Positions 13,664-27,362 are shown, counted from the first letter of the stretch. The stretch is DNA of 64,000 nucleotides from Vicugna vicugna (GCA_013265495.1 MU058769.1:332477-396476), one strand, 5' to 3'. Notes: a model not told the origin generated them from the letters alone. Numbers and translations: made by a program.

Positions 13664-14239
13664 GTGAGCGCCCTGCTTTTCCGTTTTTAATATCACGCAA
13701 CACGTGCAGCTTCCCGTCAGTGCTCCTGGCTAGCATGAGACCACTTCACTTACTGTACAAAGTTGATGGAAGTCTAGCCAACAGCAGGGACGTGTGATGT
13801 TTTACTAGCCTGAGTGCTGTTGTCTCAAGTGAAAGCAGGTTTAAAAAATACTGGAATGAGCTAGGAGACCTGTCCTCGCTGCCTTCTGGAACCCCAAGAA
13901 GATGGTCCCGCCCAAGGAGGGGCTAGAATTGGGGAGACCTGTCACTCAGCCAGCCAAGGTTTACTCAGTGCCCTGCGTGCCCGCCCTGAGCTCGGCATGG
14001 GCAGCAGGGCCATGGGGGAGGCTACTCAGAGACTTCTCTTTGGAGAGACCAGGTTGGTGAAAGGCGACCAAGAACACAAGGCAAAATGTGCTGCTGCCTG
14101 GAGCTCGCATAGGAGCTCAGGGAGAGGACAGCCGTGGCCTGGGTGGTAAAGGAGGGCGCCCCCGAGGAGGTGGGCTCCGCATGGTGGGCTCTGTACCAGC
14201 AGGGGCTGGGCGTGTCTGTGGGAGGACTCCCCGCCATAG

Positions 14240-14883
<644 letters not shown>

Positions 14884-14924
14884 TGATGGCCACCGTCATT
14901 TTAGGGCACCTTTGACTTCCCTGT

Positions 14925-15075
14925 TCTCGTTTGATCCTTACAACAACCTCCAAGAAATGAGAGGGCAGGAGGCTCAGCTCTCTGTTGGCAGGTGAAAAAA
15001 GGCAAGTTCAAAGAGACGAAGTTTTTGCCTGAGGTCACACTGCTGAGAAATAGCACGCGGACCTAGGCTAGAAGT
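14925..15075 (-). mobile_element. MIR
   Basis: gatccttacaacaacc..ttgcctgaggtcacactgctg. Confidence 0.6.
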
Positions 15076-15114
15076 CCTGACAGCTCAGAGATGGCACCTC
15101 TGTTCTGGGGTAAT

Positions 15115-15227
15115 TAGGGTGACCATCCGTCCCAGTTTCCCCAGGACTGTCCCAGTGTTGGTCCTGAAAGTCCCCCAGACCAGCAAATCTTTTAGTCTTG
15201 GACACACTGGGACAGTTGGACACCTTA
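15115..15227. mobile_element. MER94-like (hAT-Blackjack) MITE
   Basis: Terminal inverted repeats TAGGGTGACCA..TGGACACCTTA with internal gtcccagtttccccaggactgtccc. Confidence 0.75.
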
Positions 15228-15677
15228 GACATGTTATGCAGGTAGCGGGAGCTGTTACAGGCCTCGCTGGGGGCCAGACTGTCCTCTCGGCGTCCCAAAG
15301 CTGGGTGCTGGAGGTGAGCTGAGAATGCTCCCTGTAGACAGAGTGTAGGGCCCAACTCCAGGTCAGTGCAGAGTCATCCTGTCGCCTCCTACGTGCCTGA
15401 TGCTGTGAGGCACGCGGTTCCTGCCCTCAAGGGGTTTGGCAGAGTGGCTACAGCAAGCCCGCCAGTCACCGGCCAGCGCGTAGCAGCCAGAGGGATGGGG
15501 TGTGGAAGGAGCGGCCATCCTCTCTGCATAGAAGATTCCGGGAGCCCTTCAAAGAGATGCTCTGTGAAGGATGGGTGGGGTTTTGACAAGCAGAGACCTC
15601 AAGAACAGGGTAGTCCAGCCAGAGGATTCAGGAGTAAAGCACAGAGTTAGACTGGGGCGAGTTTGGGATGCAGGTAA

Positions 15678-15992
<315 letters not shown>

Positions 15993-16380
15993 TGACTGCT
16001 CCTCCGTCCACCCCAGGCCACCTCCCCTGGCCCGTCCGCTTCCCCTGCCAGCCCCTTCCTGCCCCTCAACCTCCAGATCCCACCCCCTGGGAGCCCCCTG
16101 CCCCTATTCTGCTCAGGACGTAGATCACTGCTCCCAGTCCCTGGCTGCTCTAAGAGTAGAAGCAGCCGGCTGTGGACGACAGTGTGACTCTCCCTCTGAC
16201 CACAGAAGTCCCCACCCGAGAGTCTAAAGGCTGGGTAGTGGCCGGGAGAGCAACCCCAGTCCTGTGGTTTCCAAATTCTCAAAGGGGGCTACAGGCACAG
16301 AGACCACAGCAGGAGGGAGTGTGGTCAGACTTCAGGAAGCCTTCACAAGGCCTGGCACAGGGGCTTTGATGGGGTCCTGA

Positions 16381-16551
<171 letters not shown>

Positions 16552-16760
16552 TGACAGGGAAGGGCTTGTGTGCCTGCTGGGGTGGATCAGGAGGGAGTCC
16601 TTATCTGCCTCCCAAGCTGTTTCTGTCTGAGATGCTGAACGATGGAAACTTACCGAAAGTTTCGCTGCTAGTGACAGATGGGGATGGAACTTGAACTCAT
16701 ATCGAGAGCAGGGTTTTTCCCACTGCCCCGCTCAGGCTCTGCAGAAGACTGTCAGCTGAT

Positions 16761-17400
16761 CCATTCATTCCTTCATTCATTTAACAAGTGTCTAGTGAGC
16801 CTGCACTGTATGTCTGGCACTGACCTGGCAGTGAGGATTCAGCAGTGAATAAGATAGATGTCATCTCTGGCCTCATGGAGCTTATAATCTGGAGGGGAGG
16901 CAGACAAACACATAAAAATAACGTCAGGTGGTGGTAAGTGTTAGGAAGAAAATTAGGTGGAGCATAGGGTTAATGATGACAGTGGGGGCTCTAGTTAAGA
17001 CAGAGGTCAGGGAAGGCCTCTCTGCGGACGTAAAATCAGAGCCGAGCTCTCTCTGAAGTGAGGAATGGAATCATGTGAATCATGAACCTGAAGGATAAGC
17101 ATTTCTGGCACAGGGAACCTACAGTGCCAAGGCTCAGAGGCCAGTGTGAGCTTGGCCTGCTGGACCGAGTAAGTGAGGGGAGATGAGGAAGGAGGTTGGG
17201 TTGTGTTCTAACTGGGATGAGATGCTCTTGGTAACTTTCCAGATTTGACTGTAAAAAGATCATGCTGGTTGCTGGGTGGAGGATGGGCAGCAGGGAAGTG
17301 GCAGGAGGCTATTTCCATGGTGTAGGCAAGAAGTGATGTGGCTAAGACTAGGGTGGCAGCAGAGGAAATGGTCAAAAGTGATCAGACTCCAACATATTTG
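16761..17400 (-). mobile_element. L2 fragment
   Basis: cattcattccttcattcatttaacaagtg..cctcatggagcttataatct..agggaaggcctctctg. Confidence 0.8.
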
Positions 17401-17557
17401 GGCCACTAATTTCACTGCTCAACAGTAGGCACTTACTGAAAGTGTACTATTTGCTAATTTTGCCCCATGTCCCACCCTTGGAGTGCAGAGGAAAAGCCCC
17501 CAGGGCGCTGTTCTCTGGGCCTTACATGTTAATTCATCTGTCCGTCTGTCCGTGTGA

Positions 17558-18145
<588 letters not shown>

Positions 18146-19149
18146 TAGACAGATTGACCCCTGGGTGACCTCCTTCTTGGCTGAGCCTAAAAGAGGCAGG
18201 AGGATGGATGGGTTAGGCAGCGTGGGCCGTCCTTGCCAGCCCTTGGGAAAACTCAGGGTCTCTCTGCCATTGGCTCTGAGCCCTGGAGCTGCACGCAGCA
18301 CAGCCAGAGAGAGGCTGGAGGCTCTGAACGGTACCCGTGTGTGCACACAGGGTCTGTGCTGCCAGACCTCACCGCCGCCGAGAGCTGCACGCTCACATGT
18401 CCCGAGAAAATTGTGCTTTGTGAATTGAATCCAGTTTTTCCCTGCCCGAGCAGGTCAACAGCGCACTGTCTTCTGAATCTCCATCGTTGTGGAAGCTGTG
18501 CACCCCTGAGTGCTGCAACGTCCCTGCTGGGTGTTAGGAACTCCCAAACCTGCCCTCCGTCCCCTAGGACAGGGCCTCCTAACCAGTCAAGCTGGGGCTG
18601 GTTACCGCCCTTGCCCTGCTCCCATCCCCCACGGCAGCTCAGAGGAGCTCAGCAGTCAGTAATCATAAGACTTTGGGGAAATCAAAAGTAACTCCTCGTC
18701 AGGAAAAGATTGGGGTTCCCTATACTAGGGAACTGCTATTAAAACTCGAGATGAAACCTTTGGCTAAGTGAAAAATCACTTCCTAATTTATTCATTTTGT
18801 TAGCTCAGGATTTTTAGGCCCGGGATGTGGCGTCACACTTGTGCCCTGAGCCACGTGCCTGTTGCTTCAGCTGTCCACCCCAGCTCAGGCTCCGACGTGC
18901 CCTCCCATGAGAGCCCAAGCGCACCACGTGGGTTTACTTGCTTCCATGTGCAGTTTTAAGAGATTCTGTGTCTCAGTGCAGATGTGGCAGCACAAACAAC
19001 CTCCCTGGCTCCTTTCTCCAACCTCCCGTCCCATCTCACCCCACCCATCACCGAGGGCACAGGAGGTCCCCTGCGCTCGCCGCTGGCTGAGTGTTCCACC
19101 GCGCAGGTGTCCTAAGAGTCAGGGGCAGGCAGTTCTGAATGTCCTTTGA

Positions 19150-19365
<216 letters not shown>

Positions 19366-19619
19366 TGAGCCCCGTGTGGGCCCCAGAACTGGGGCACGAG
19401 ACACACAGAGTGGAGAGGGGAGAGCAGACTAAGTGGGATGCTTAGGCAAGAATCAGACTGAAAAGGAAAAAGGTGTCCCCGTCTTAAGGGCAGTGGAAGT
19501 GATGGCCACAGATACATAGAAGTTTGGAGCTCCCCTGGCTCTCCTTGCCCTTATCAGGCCTGGGGTCCTATGGGGTCTGCCTGCAGCTTGCTTGACCTCA
19601 TCTGCACCTCACTTCCTGC

Positions 19620-20040
19620 ACCTGGAAGCTCTGTGCCTACAGCCTGCTGTCTGTGTCTCAAGCCAACACCCCAGCTTTTCCTGCCTCCGAGCTTTTGCTC
19701 TTGGAGTTCCTCGGCCTGGGACTCCCTAGTATTTGCACATCCAGCTCCTTCTCAGCATTCACATCACAGCTCAGATACCACATCCTCAGAGAGGCCTTCC
19801 TCGCCGCTGCCTGCTCACTCTCCACGCCATCCCCCTGCTTCATGTCCTTCCTGGCTTTTATCGCCCTCTGACGTGTGTGACCTTCTTGGCTGCCTTGTCT
19901 GTCTCCCTGTGTGGACCATGCACCCCATGAGAGCAGGGGCCTTGGCTGCCTTGGTCTCCACTGAGTCCTCCAGTGCCAGAACTGTGCCCAGCTCAGCAGG
20001 CACTCAACAGATATCTGTCGAATGGAGGAATGAATGAATG
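19620..20040 (+). mobile_element. L2 fragment
   Basis: atcctcagagaggccttcc..ccatgagagcagggg..caggcactcaacagatatctgtcgaatggaggaatgaatgaat. Confidence 0.75.
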
Positions 20041-20154
20041 TGGGCCAGGGGTGAGCAGGGCAGGAAGACCCCCGTGAGGGGCTCTGGGATGGCCCGCCTG
20101 GATTGGGATCACAGGGGAGGATGTTAATGGCAGGGGTGGCCCCTGGGGTGCTGA

Positions 20155-20547
<393 letters not shown>

Positions 20548-20794
20548 TGAGGGTTGCTTCTCTCAGAGCTTCTCCGTGACTGTGCACGTTGTCTGCTGGC
20601 CTGACCACCCATGTGCCCACCTGAGCACACACGTTGTGGGCACCTCTGCCTGCTTCTGTGTGCCTGCACTGTGTGCCTCTGTACAAGTGTGAGGTGCCTA
20701 GAGATGGCCACACGTGCACGCTTGTTCATTCAGGTGTCTGCGTGCTTCATTTGTGAGCCACAGGCGTGTCTAGGTGTGCAGACCGAGCTCTTTC

Positions 20795-20929
20795 TTTTTT
20801 TCAAATTTTATTTTTGTGGGGGAGGTAATTAGTTTTATTTGTTTATTTTTAATGGAGGTACTGGGGAACCCAGGACCTCGTGCATGCTGAGCAGGCACTT
20901 TGCTACTGAGCTGTATAACCTTCCCCCAG
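20795..20929 (-). mobile_element. Camelid tRNA-derived SINE (Vic-1-like) with 14-bp TSD
   Basis: Reverse complement GGGGAAGGTTATACAGCTCAGTAGCAAAGTGCCTGCTCAGCATGCACGAGGTCCTGGGTT..AATTACCTCCCCC + A-tail; direct repeats GACCGAGCTCTTTC at 20781-20794 and 20930-20943. Confidence 0.85.
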
Positions 20930-21629
20930 GACCGAGCTCTTTCATGATATAAGACCTTTTGTGATGTGACTCCTGACCATCTCTGTGGTCTTCTTTCTTT
21001 CCTTGTCCTCTACATCTCAGCCGTTGGGGCAGCAGCACTAGACAGCTTGTAATTCCAGCACACGGCACGGGTGCCGCCCTCTGGGCTATTGCTCACGCAC
21101 CAAGCTCCTCCTTTCCTGGCATATTACACAGGGGCCACTTGCTCTGAGATGTTGTCTCCAGGCCTCTCTGCTACCCTGGATGACTGTGTGTGTCCTTCCT
21201 GAGACAGGGGGCAGCTCCAACGCAGGGACCATGTCTTGTCCATTTCTTTGTGCCTACCTTAATGATCCTGGCAAATGTTTGTTGCATGAAGAAATGAATG
21301 GAGGGGTTCTGGCTGTCTGCTCAGTAGTGTGTGTGTGTATGCGTTTGCAGTCACACATGCATGTATGTTGGAGGGATATGAATGAATACGAACCAGCCCA
21401 GGAGAGGAGTGAGGGCACGCTCCTCGTCAGCATTCTGCTGGGTTCAGGGTCTGGCACCTCACTGCGTGCAAAGCTGTCATCCTTGGGGGCTCCCAGGCTG
21501 ATGGGGATTACAAGCCCCCATCATAGTCATAGGCCATGGGCATATGAGTACAAAACACTGACCCCCTGGGCCTCCCTGAGGCACCCCTCTTGTCTCCCAG
21601 CTCCTTTGTAACCTCTCTTCCATTTCTAG

Positions 21630-21831
21630 ATTGTGTACGAGGGTCNNNNNNNNNNNNNNNNNNNNNNNNNNNNNNNNNNNNNNNNNNNNNNNNNNNNNNN
21701 NNNNNNNNNNNNNNNNNNNNNNNNNNNNNNNNNNNNNNNNNNNNNNNNNNNNNNNNNNNNNNNNNNNNNNNNNNNNNNNNNNNNNNNNNNNNNNNNNNNN
21801 NNNNNNNNNNNNNNNNNNNNNNNNNNNNNNN
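21630..21831 (+). CDS. LRP1: LRP1 exon 14 (mostly masked by N-gap 21646-21849)
   Basis: tag|ATTGTGTACGAGGGTC = IVYEG then Ns; end inferred from recalled human exon length (202 nt), not seen. Confidence 0.75.
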
Positions 21832-22157
21832 NNNNNNNNNNNNNNNNNNCAGGGGCAGGACCTAGGTGGGGCGGGGCTGAGGCTCCTGCAGGGTGTGAAG
21901 GCACTTCCCAGGATTCCTAGGCTCTGACTTGTGAGGCTTTCAAGAAGAGAGGCCCTCACCCCAGTGTGACTTTCTGTGTTCTCCATCTCCCCCGCTGCCC
22001 TGTGCCTGCATCTCCTCTTCTCCCACCTCTCCATATTTCCTCGTTCTGTCTTCTCCCCTGTCTTCTCATCTCCCCTGTCTGGCCTTTCCTGACCCTGCTA
22101 CAATCCATCCCCCACTCTCCTCCTCCCTTCTCCACGACCGTGGGCCCTTCTTTGCAG

Positions 22158-22283
22158 TGGGTACCAACAAATGCCGGGTGAACAACGGCGGCTGCAGCAG
22201 CCTGTGCCTGGCCACCCCTGGGAGCCGCCAGTGTGCCTGCGCTGAGGACCAGGTGTTGGACACAGATGGTGTCACTTGCTTGG
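22158..22283 (+). CDS. LRP1: LRP1 exon 15 (EGF)
   Basis: [42 protein letters not shown]; 126 nt. Confidence 0.97.
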
Positions 22284-22529
22284 GTATGAGGGGCCCAGCT
22301 GGGGTGGGAGGCAGGGGAGCAGACCCCAGCAGGAGGCCACAGGGTCCCCATTGGACATGAAGGGGGCAAAGGGGGCCCTGTGGGGTCAACAGGAGGTGAG
22401 GGATGGAGTGAGAGAAGGCTCTGGGTGCTGGAGGGTGCTTAGGGATGAGTAGGGGGGTGGGCGGCTTGGGAGGGCATGAAGATTAGGGGACACCGAGAAG
22501 GACAGCAATGGAACGAGAAAAACTGCCTC

Positions 22530-23040
22530 AACTTCTTTTACATTCATTTCCCCCTTATTAAAGTAATACAACAATAGTTCAAAATATCGAACCCAGTCTC
22601 ACCAAGAACACTGCGATCTTGTTAGCACTGTGGTAAGGCAACACCATCCTTTTCCTTTAGGTGGGCTTTTACATGGCTGGAATCAGGATATATAAGTGTC
22701 TTCTGCCCCTTTTGGCTCATACATGCCACAAATTTTCTCTGTTATTATTGCATTATTTTTAACACCCTCATTTTTTAATAAAAATGGGTCATGCTCATTG
22801 TAAAAATAAACAAGCGATATAGAAAAATACAAAGGAGAAAGAACTAATCACCACAAATCCCACCACCCATAGAGACCACGGTTACCATTTCGGGGAACAC
22901 CCTCCCAGGTCAGTGTGTCAGGGACACATAAGCAGAATTTCTAATGGCCAAATATACTTCATTTAGTGAACAGCCCAGAACTTACTCAACCATTTCTCTG
23001 TTGTCGGATGTTTAGGTCATTTCCAGTTTTTTGTTATAAT
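22530..23040 (-). mobile_element. Old L1 fragments
   Basis: AT-rich; atcccaccacccatagagaccacggttaccatt..ttgtcggatgtttaggtcatttccagttttttgttataat. Confidence 0.55.
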
Positions 23041-23044
23041 CACA

Positions 23045-23220
23045 GGCATTGTTTGCTGAGCACAGACTATGTACTAGGCACGGCTATAAGCACTCCCCAT
23101 GCAGTAACTCATTTACTCCTCAAAATATTAAGAGGGAGGGTATTTTATTATCACCAGTTTACAGATGAAGAAATGGAGGCCCCAGGTTAGAGCAGGGATT
23201 TGAACTCGGGAAGTCTGACC
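23045..23220 (-). mobile_element. MIR
   Basis: ttattatcaccagtttacagatgaagaaatggaggcccc..gggatttgaactc. Confidence 0.75.
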
Positions 23221-24338
23221 TTCCCTTAATTACCTGCTCTGCTGTTTCTCATACCTTCATGCCTTCCCGTGTGCTGGATGGTTTCCTTAGAACAGAATTG
23301 CAGAAGTGAAGATGGGACAGTGGGCTGCATTGTGCAGCTGAGAGGGAGAGACTGAGGCCAGGTGCAGGGCAAGAGCCTCATTGGGACAGGGGTTAAGGAG
23401 CTGAGGGGCCAGGGCATCGGAAGGTGCGTCTACATGGACGCTGAAATCACAAGGAATTAGAAAGGGAGTGATTTTGGAGAAAGTGACACTGAACCAAGAG
23501 CTAAAAAATCCTCAAGGATGATGGGGGGCCTGGGGGCCTGTAGTGGGGTTCGTATAGTCTAATAACATGACTGTCAACACTGACTTTTCAGAGAGGAGAG
23601 AGGGAGAAAGGTCGGGAAACAGAGGTGAGGAGCAGAGTGGACTCATACCAGCCTCCAGGTCCAGTGGTCCATGAGCTGTGAGAAGGAAAATCAGCACCCT
23701 TGGGACCCAGAGGATTAAAGAGGGATGAGAGATGGGTCAGAAGGGCCATGCCCGGAGTTGTAGGGTCCAGGGACGGGGACTGGCACGCGCATCCCGGGCT
23801 TCTTGATCTCACCCTGTGCAAACACAAAGGACACGGTGATTTTACTGCCCACAGCTGAAGGCAGGTAGCAGTCAGCACTCAGGTGTGAGTGCTGGGGAAC
23901 AGGAGCGTGGAGCCTGCAGAGTCCTGGGGCCTGTTTTCGCTCCTGCCGGCAGAGTTGATGCATTTGTTCAGGGACCAGGGCAAGGCCTGGGAGTCCCAGA
24001 GATGGCTTCCCAGGGGCCGTTCCTGGACGTGGCCGGGAGGGACCAGGAGTGGTCTTCTCTGTGGGGACAAAAGCCTGGGGGGCTCTAAGGTCTCTTGGAA
24101 GTTGCTTTATCTCAGACCACATTGAATTACTGGAAGCAGCAGAGCAAACATCACCCTGTGGCTTGAGAAAGAGTTGCTGTTTCCATCAGATACTTCGTTC
24201 ACAAAGGACGATGCGTTAGGGAAAATAACTGCATATCTTATTTTAAAATAATAAAACAAGCAAACAGAGGGCAGAGGGCCCAGCACCGGCCCTGTGACCT
24301 GGGTCTGACTTCCCCTCACGCCCATGTGGTGCCCACAG

Positions 24339-24479
24339 CGAACCCGTCCTACGTGCCCCCACCCCAGTGCCAGCCGGGTGAGTTTGCCTGCTCCAACAGC
24401 CGCTGCATCCAGGAGCGCTGGAAATGCGATGGGGACAATGACTGCCTGGACAACAGCGACGAGGCGCCCGCCCTCTGCC
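24339..24479 (+). CDS. LRP1: LRP1 exon 16 (CR3, start of cluster II)
   Basis: [47 protein letters not shown]; 141 nt. Confidence 0.97.
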
Positions 24480-24565
24480 GTGAGTCACCGCCCCGCGCTG
24501 TTGGACAGCAGGCCCGCGGGGCAGCAGCTGGAGAGCTGGGGCCCCTCCCTCGGGCTGACCCCTGA

Positions 24566-24862
<297 letters not shown>

Positions 24863-25142
24863 TGAGGACGGGAGGCCCCCACTTGCAGGGGGCAGAGCAC
24901 AGCTCCAGCCTGGGGATGACAAACGAGGTGAGCGGGCCTTCTCCTTGGAGGACACCAGCGTCCCCTCAAGAGATGGGGTGAGGCATCCGATACGAGACCA
25001 CACGGGTGGTTTTGAACATCTCTAAGGGAAATGGCTTTGAGACCCTTGGGAAGACTTCCGGAGAGGCAGAGAACAATAGGAAAGAAAATGGAGTTAAAGA
25101 GGGGACTCAACTACAAGCACTTATGCCCATCCCTGCCCCCAG

Positions 25143-25259
25143 CTCGCACCTGCCCACCCAACCAGTTCTCCTGCGCCAGTGGCCGCTGCATCCCCATCTC
25201 CTGGACGTGCGACCTGGACGATGACTGTGGGGACCGCTCCGACGAGTCAGCCTCGTGTG
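25143..25259 (+). CDS. LRP1: LRP1 exon 18 (CR5)
   Basis: [39 protein letters not shown]; 117 nt. Confidence 0.97.
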
Positions 25260-25525
25260 GTGAGCGGGGCAGCAGGAAGGCCCGGCTGGCACGGGAAGGG
25301 AGGGCCCACGAGAACGTACCCTGGGGCTTAAAAAGGATGCTCGGAGGGATGAGAGTTGAACAGGCAGGGTTTCAGGCCAAGGCACCGCCGCTTAGCCTCC
25401 CCTCCCCTCACTGGCTGGGCTGGGCTGGGCTGCCAGTTACGGAAGGGGCCCTGCGCCCACCCTCTCAGTGCTACGTTGCTGTGTAGTCTTGAGGGCCCTA
25501 CTCAGCTACTCTTTCTCCCTGACAG

Positions 25526-25606
25526 CCTACCCCACCTGCTTCCCCCTGACTCAGTTTACCTGCAACAACGGCAGATGCATCAACATCAACTGGAGGTGTG
25601 ACAATG
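25526..25606 (+). CDS. LRP1: LRP1 exon 19 (N-half of CR6)
   Basis: [27 protein letters not shown]; 81 nt. Confidence 0.97.
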
Positions 25607-26232
25607 GTAAGAGCTTGTTCCCCTTCACCTGCCCGGATGCCTAGGAAGCTGGAAACCACAGCCAGGCCCTGGGTGGGAGGGGAAGGGGTTTTAGAATCAG
25701 TTCACTGAATCCCTGCTGGGTTGGCTGGGGGCAGTGAGGACGAGTCAGAAACACTGGGGGAACCAAGATGGACCAAGAGGAGACCCCACCCATCACCCAT
25801 CAGCTCCATGCCTCCCCGAGCAGGGCCTGAGATGCCCATCCTCTGGCAGAGGCTCTGGGGCCAGGGAGAAATGAGCAAATAGGGCCAGAGGGGCAGAGCA
25901 AAGACAGCCCAGTGCCCAACTCCCTTCCTGCGAGCTCTGTCTCCTGGGGTCCTTGGTGCAACCTCCGGGCTCCGACTCCAGGCTCGGGAGCCCACCTTGC
26001 GGTCAGCCCTGGACCAGGTGACGTCATCCCAGAGCCACGGGGGCCGGTGGACCGTTGTGTGTGCACTGTCTCGGGGCTCTGGTTGTGTCTGGTGTGGTGT
26101 TGTGACGTGTCGCAGCAGTGGCTCGAGCCCTGGCTCTTGTGTGTGAGGATGTGTTGGGTCAGCGCCACGTTGCCCCTCATCTTTGCCGTGTCTTGTGTGC
26201 CAATGGCTGCCCTGGCGGTTTCTGTGTTTCAG

Positions 26233-26283
26233 AGAAGGATTGTGGGGACGGCTCTGACGAAAAGACCTGTCCTGAGCCTGCCG
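26233..26283 (+). CDS. LRP1: Putative alternative cassette exon ('19a') encoding [17 protein letters not shown]
   Basis: tgtgtttcag|AGAAGGATTGTGGGGACGGCTCTGACGAAAAGACCTGTCCTGAGCCTGCCG|gtcagt; 51 nt, phase 1/1 like intron 19; encodes the LDLa DCxDGSDE..C signature. Confidence 0.8.
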
Positions 26284-27194
26284 GTCAGTGCATAGAAGCA
26301 CATGCACCATCACCCCTAGATCCCCAGCTGGCCTCGGGCCGCCTCCCAGGACCCCCAGGAGCTCCCCTCCCCAAACTCCTAGGATGTGAAGGAAAAGCAA
26401 AGAGAAAAGTGAGAGCAGAGAGCACAGAGGGAGAAAGAAAACAGCGGAAGGGAAACAGCGGAGATGGGGAGGAGATGACAGAGAAGTGGGGACAAGAACC
26501 ACAAGACCTGATGCGGGAGAGCGTTAGAGACGCAGATCCAGCTGGAAAAGAGGCAGGAACACAACTCAAGGGGGACAGCCAAACCCGTCTTCTCAAGCGG
26601 CCTGGAACTGTGGAGGGAGGTCTGGTAGCCGCACCCACGAGGCCTAGAAAGCAGGACGTGCACTCGGTCACCTTCAGATGCCCTCCAGAAGCACCCCGGC
26701 TTTCCCAGCTGCAGGCAGTGCCCCTCGTGAGCCGGGCACGCAGAGCACGGGCCGGTGATGCCCACGCTCAGGGCGGGGCCTAATGAAGCCCTTCCCTCCC
26801 CAGCAGAGAGGCATCACCTACACTCCACCCACCACTGTGTCTCCAAAACCAGAGAAATCCCTGCCTTTCCCCCAGAGCGAGCAGACCCCTGCTCCCACAC
26901 CCTGCCAGACTGGGAAAGGAATGAGTCCTGTGCCCACCCCCAGCCTTCCGGGACTCAGGGACGGGCCCTCGGGGAGCCCACCCCGCCTCTCCCCGCCCCT
27001 ACCACGCGGGCCATGGTGCATGCTGCAGTCTATGCAGTTTCTGTGTCTTTTCTGTTTGTTATTTTCTCAGCGGGAGGGTTGGGTGGGTGGAGGGTGGGAA
27101 TGGGGAGGCGGGAGTGGGGGCCCCACGCTGGGGTCACAGAGAAGGCTGCTGCTTGCTGACCCCCCATCTCCTTTTCCCTTCTTCCTGCCCCCAG

Positions 27195-27362
27195 ACAATG
27201 ACTGTGGGGACAACAGTGACGAGGCCGGCTGCAGCCACTCCTGCTCTAGCACCCAGTTCAAGTGCAACAGTGGGCGCTGCATCCCTGAGCACTGGACCTG
27301 CGACGGGGACAACGACTGCGGGGACTACAGCGATGAGACACACGCCAACTGCACCAACCAGG
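27195..27362 (+). CDS. LRP1: LRP1 exon 20 (C-half CR6 + CR7)
   Basis: [56 protein letters not shown]; 168 nt. Confidence 0.97.

Noticed and set aside
13770-13860. Possible C/D snoRNA (TGATGT..CTGA)
   Set aside because: C box imperfect, spacing too short, no terminal stem
24250-24255. AATAAA about 85 nt upstream of exon 16
   Set aside because: A-rich context with no clear downstream GU element; chance occurrence is likely
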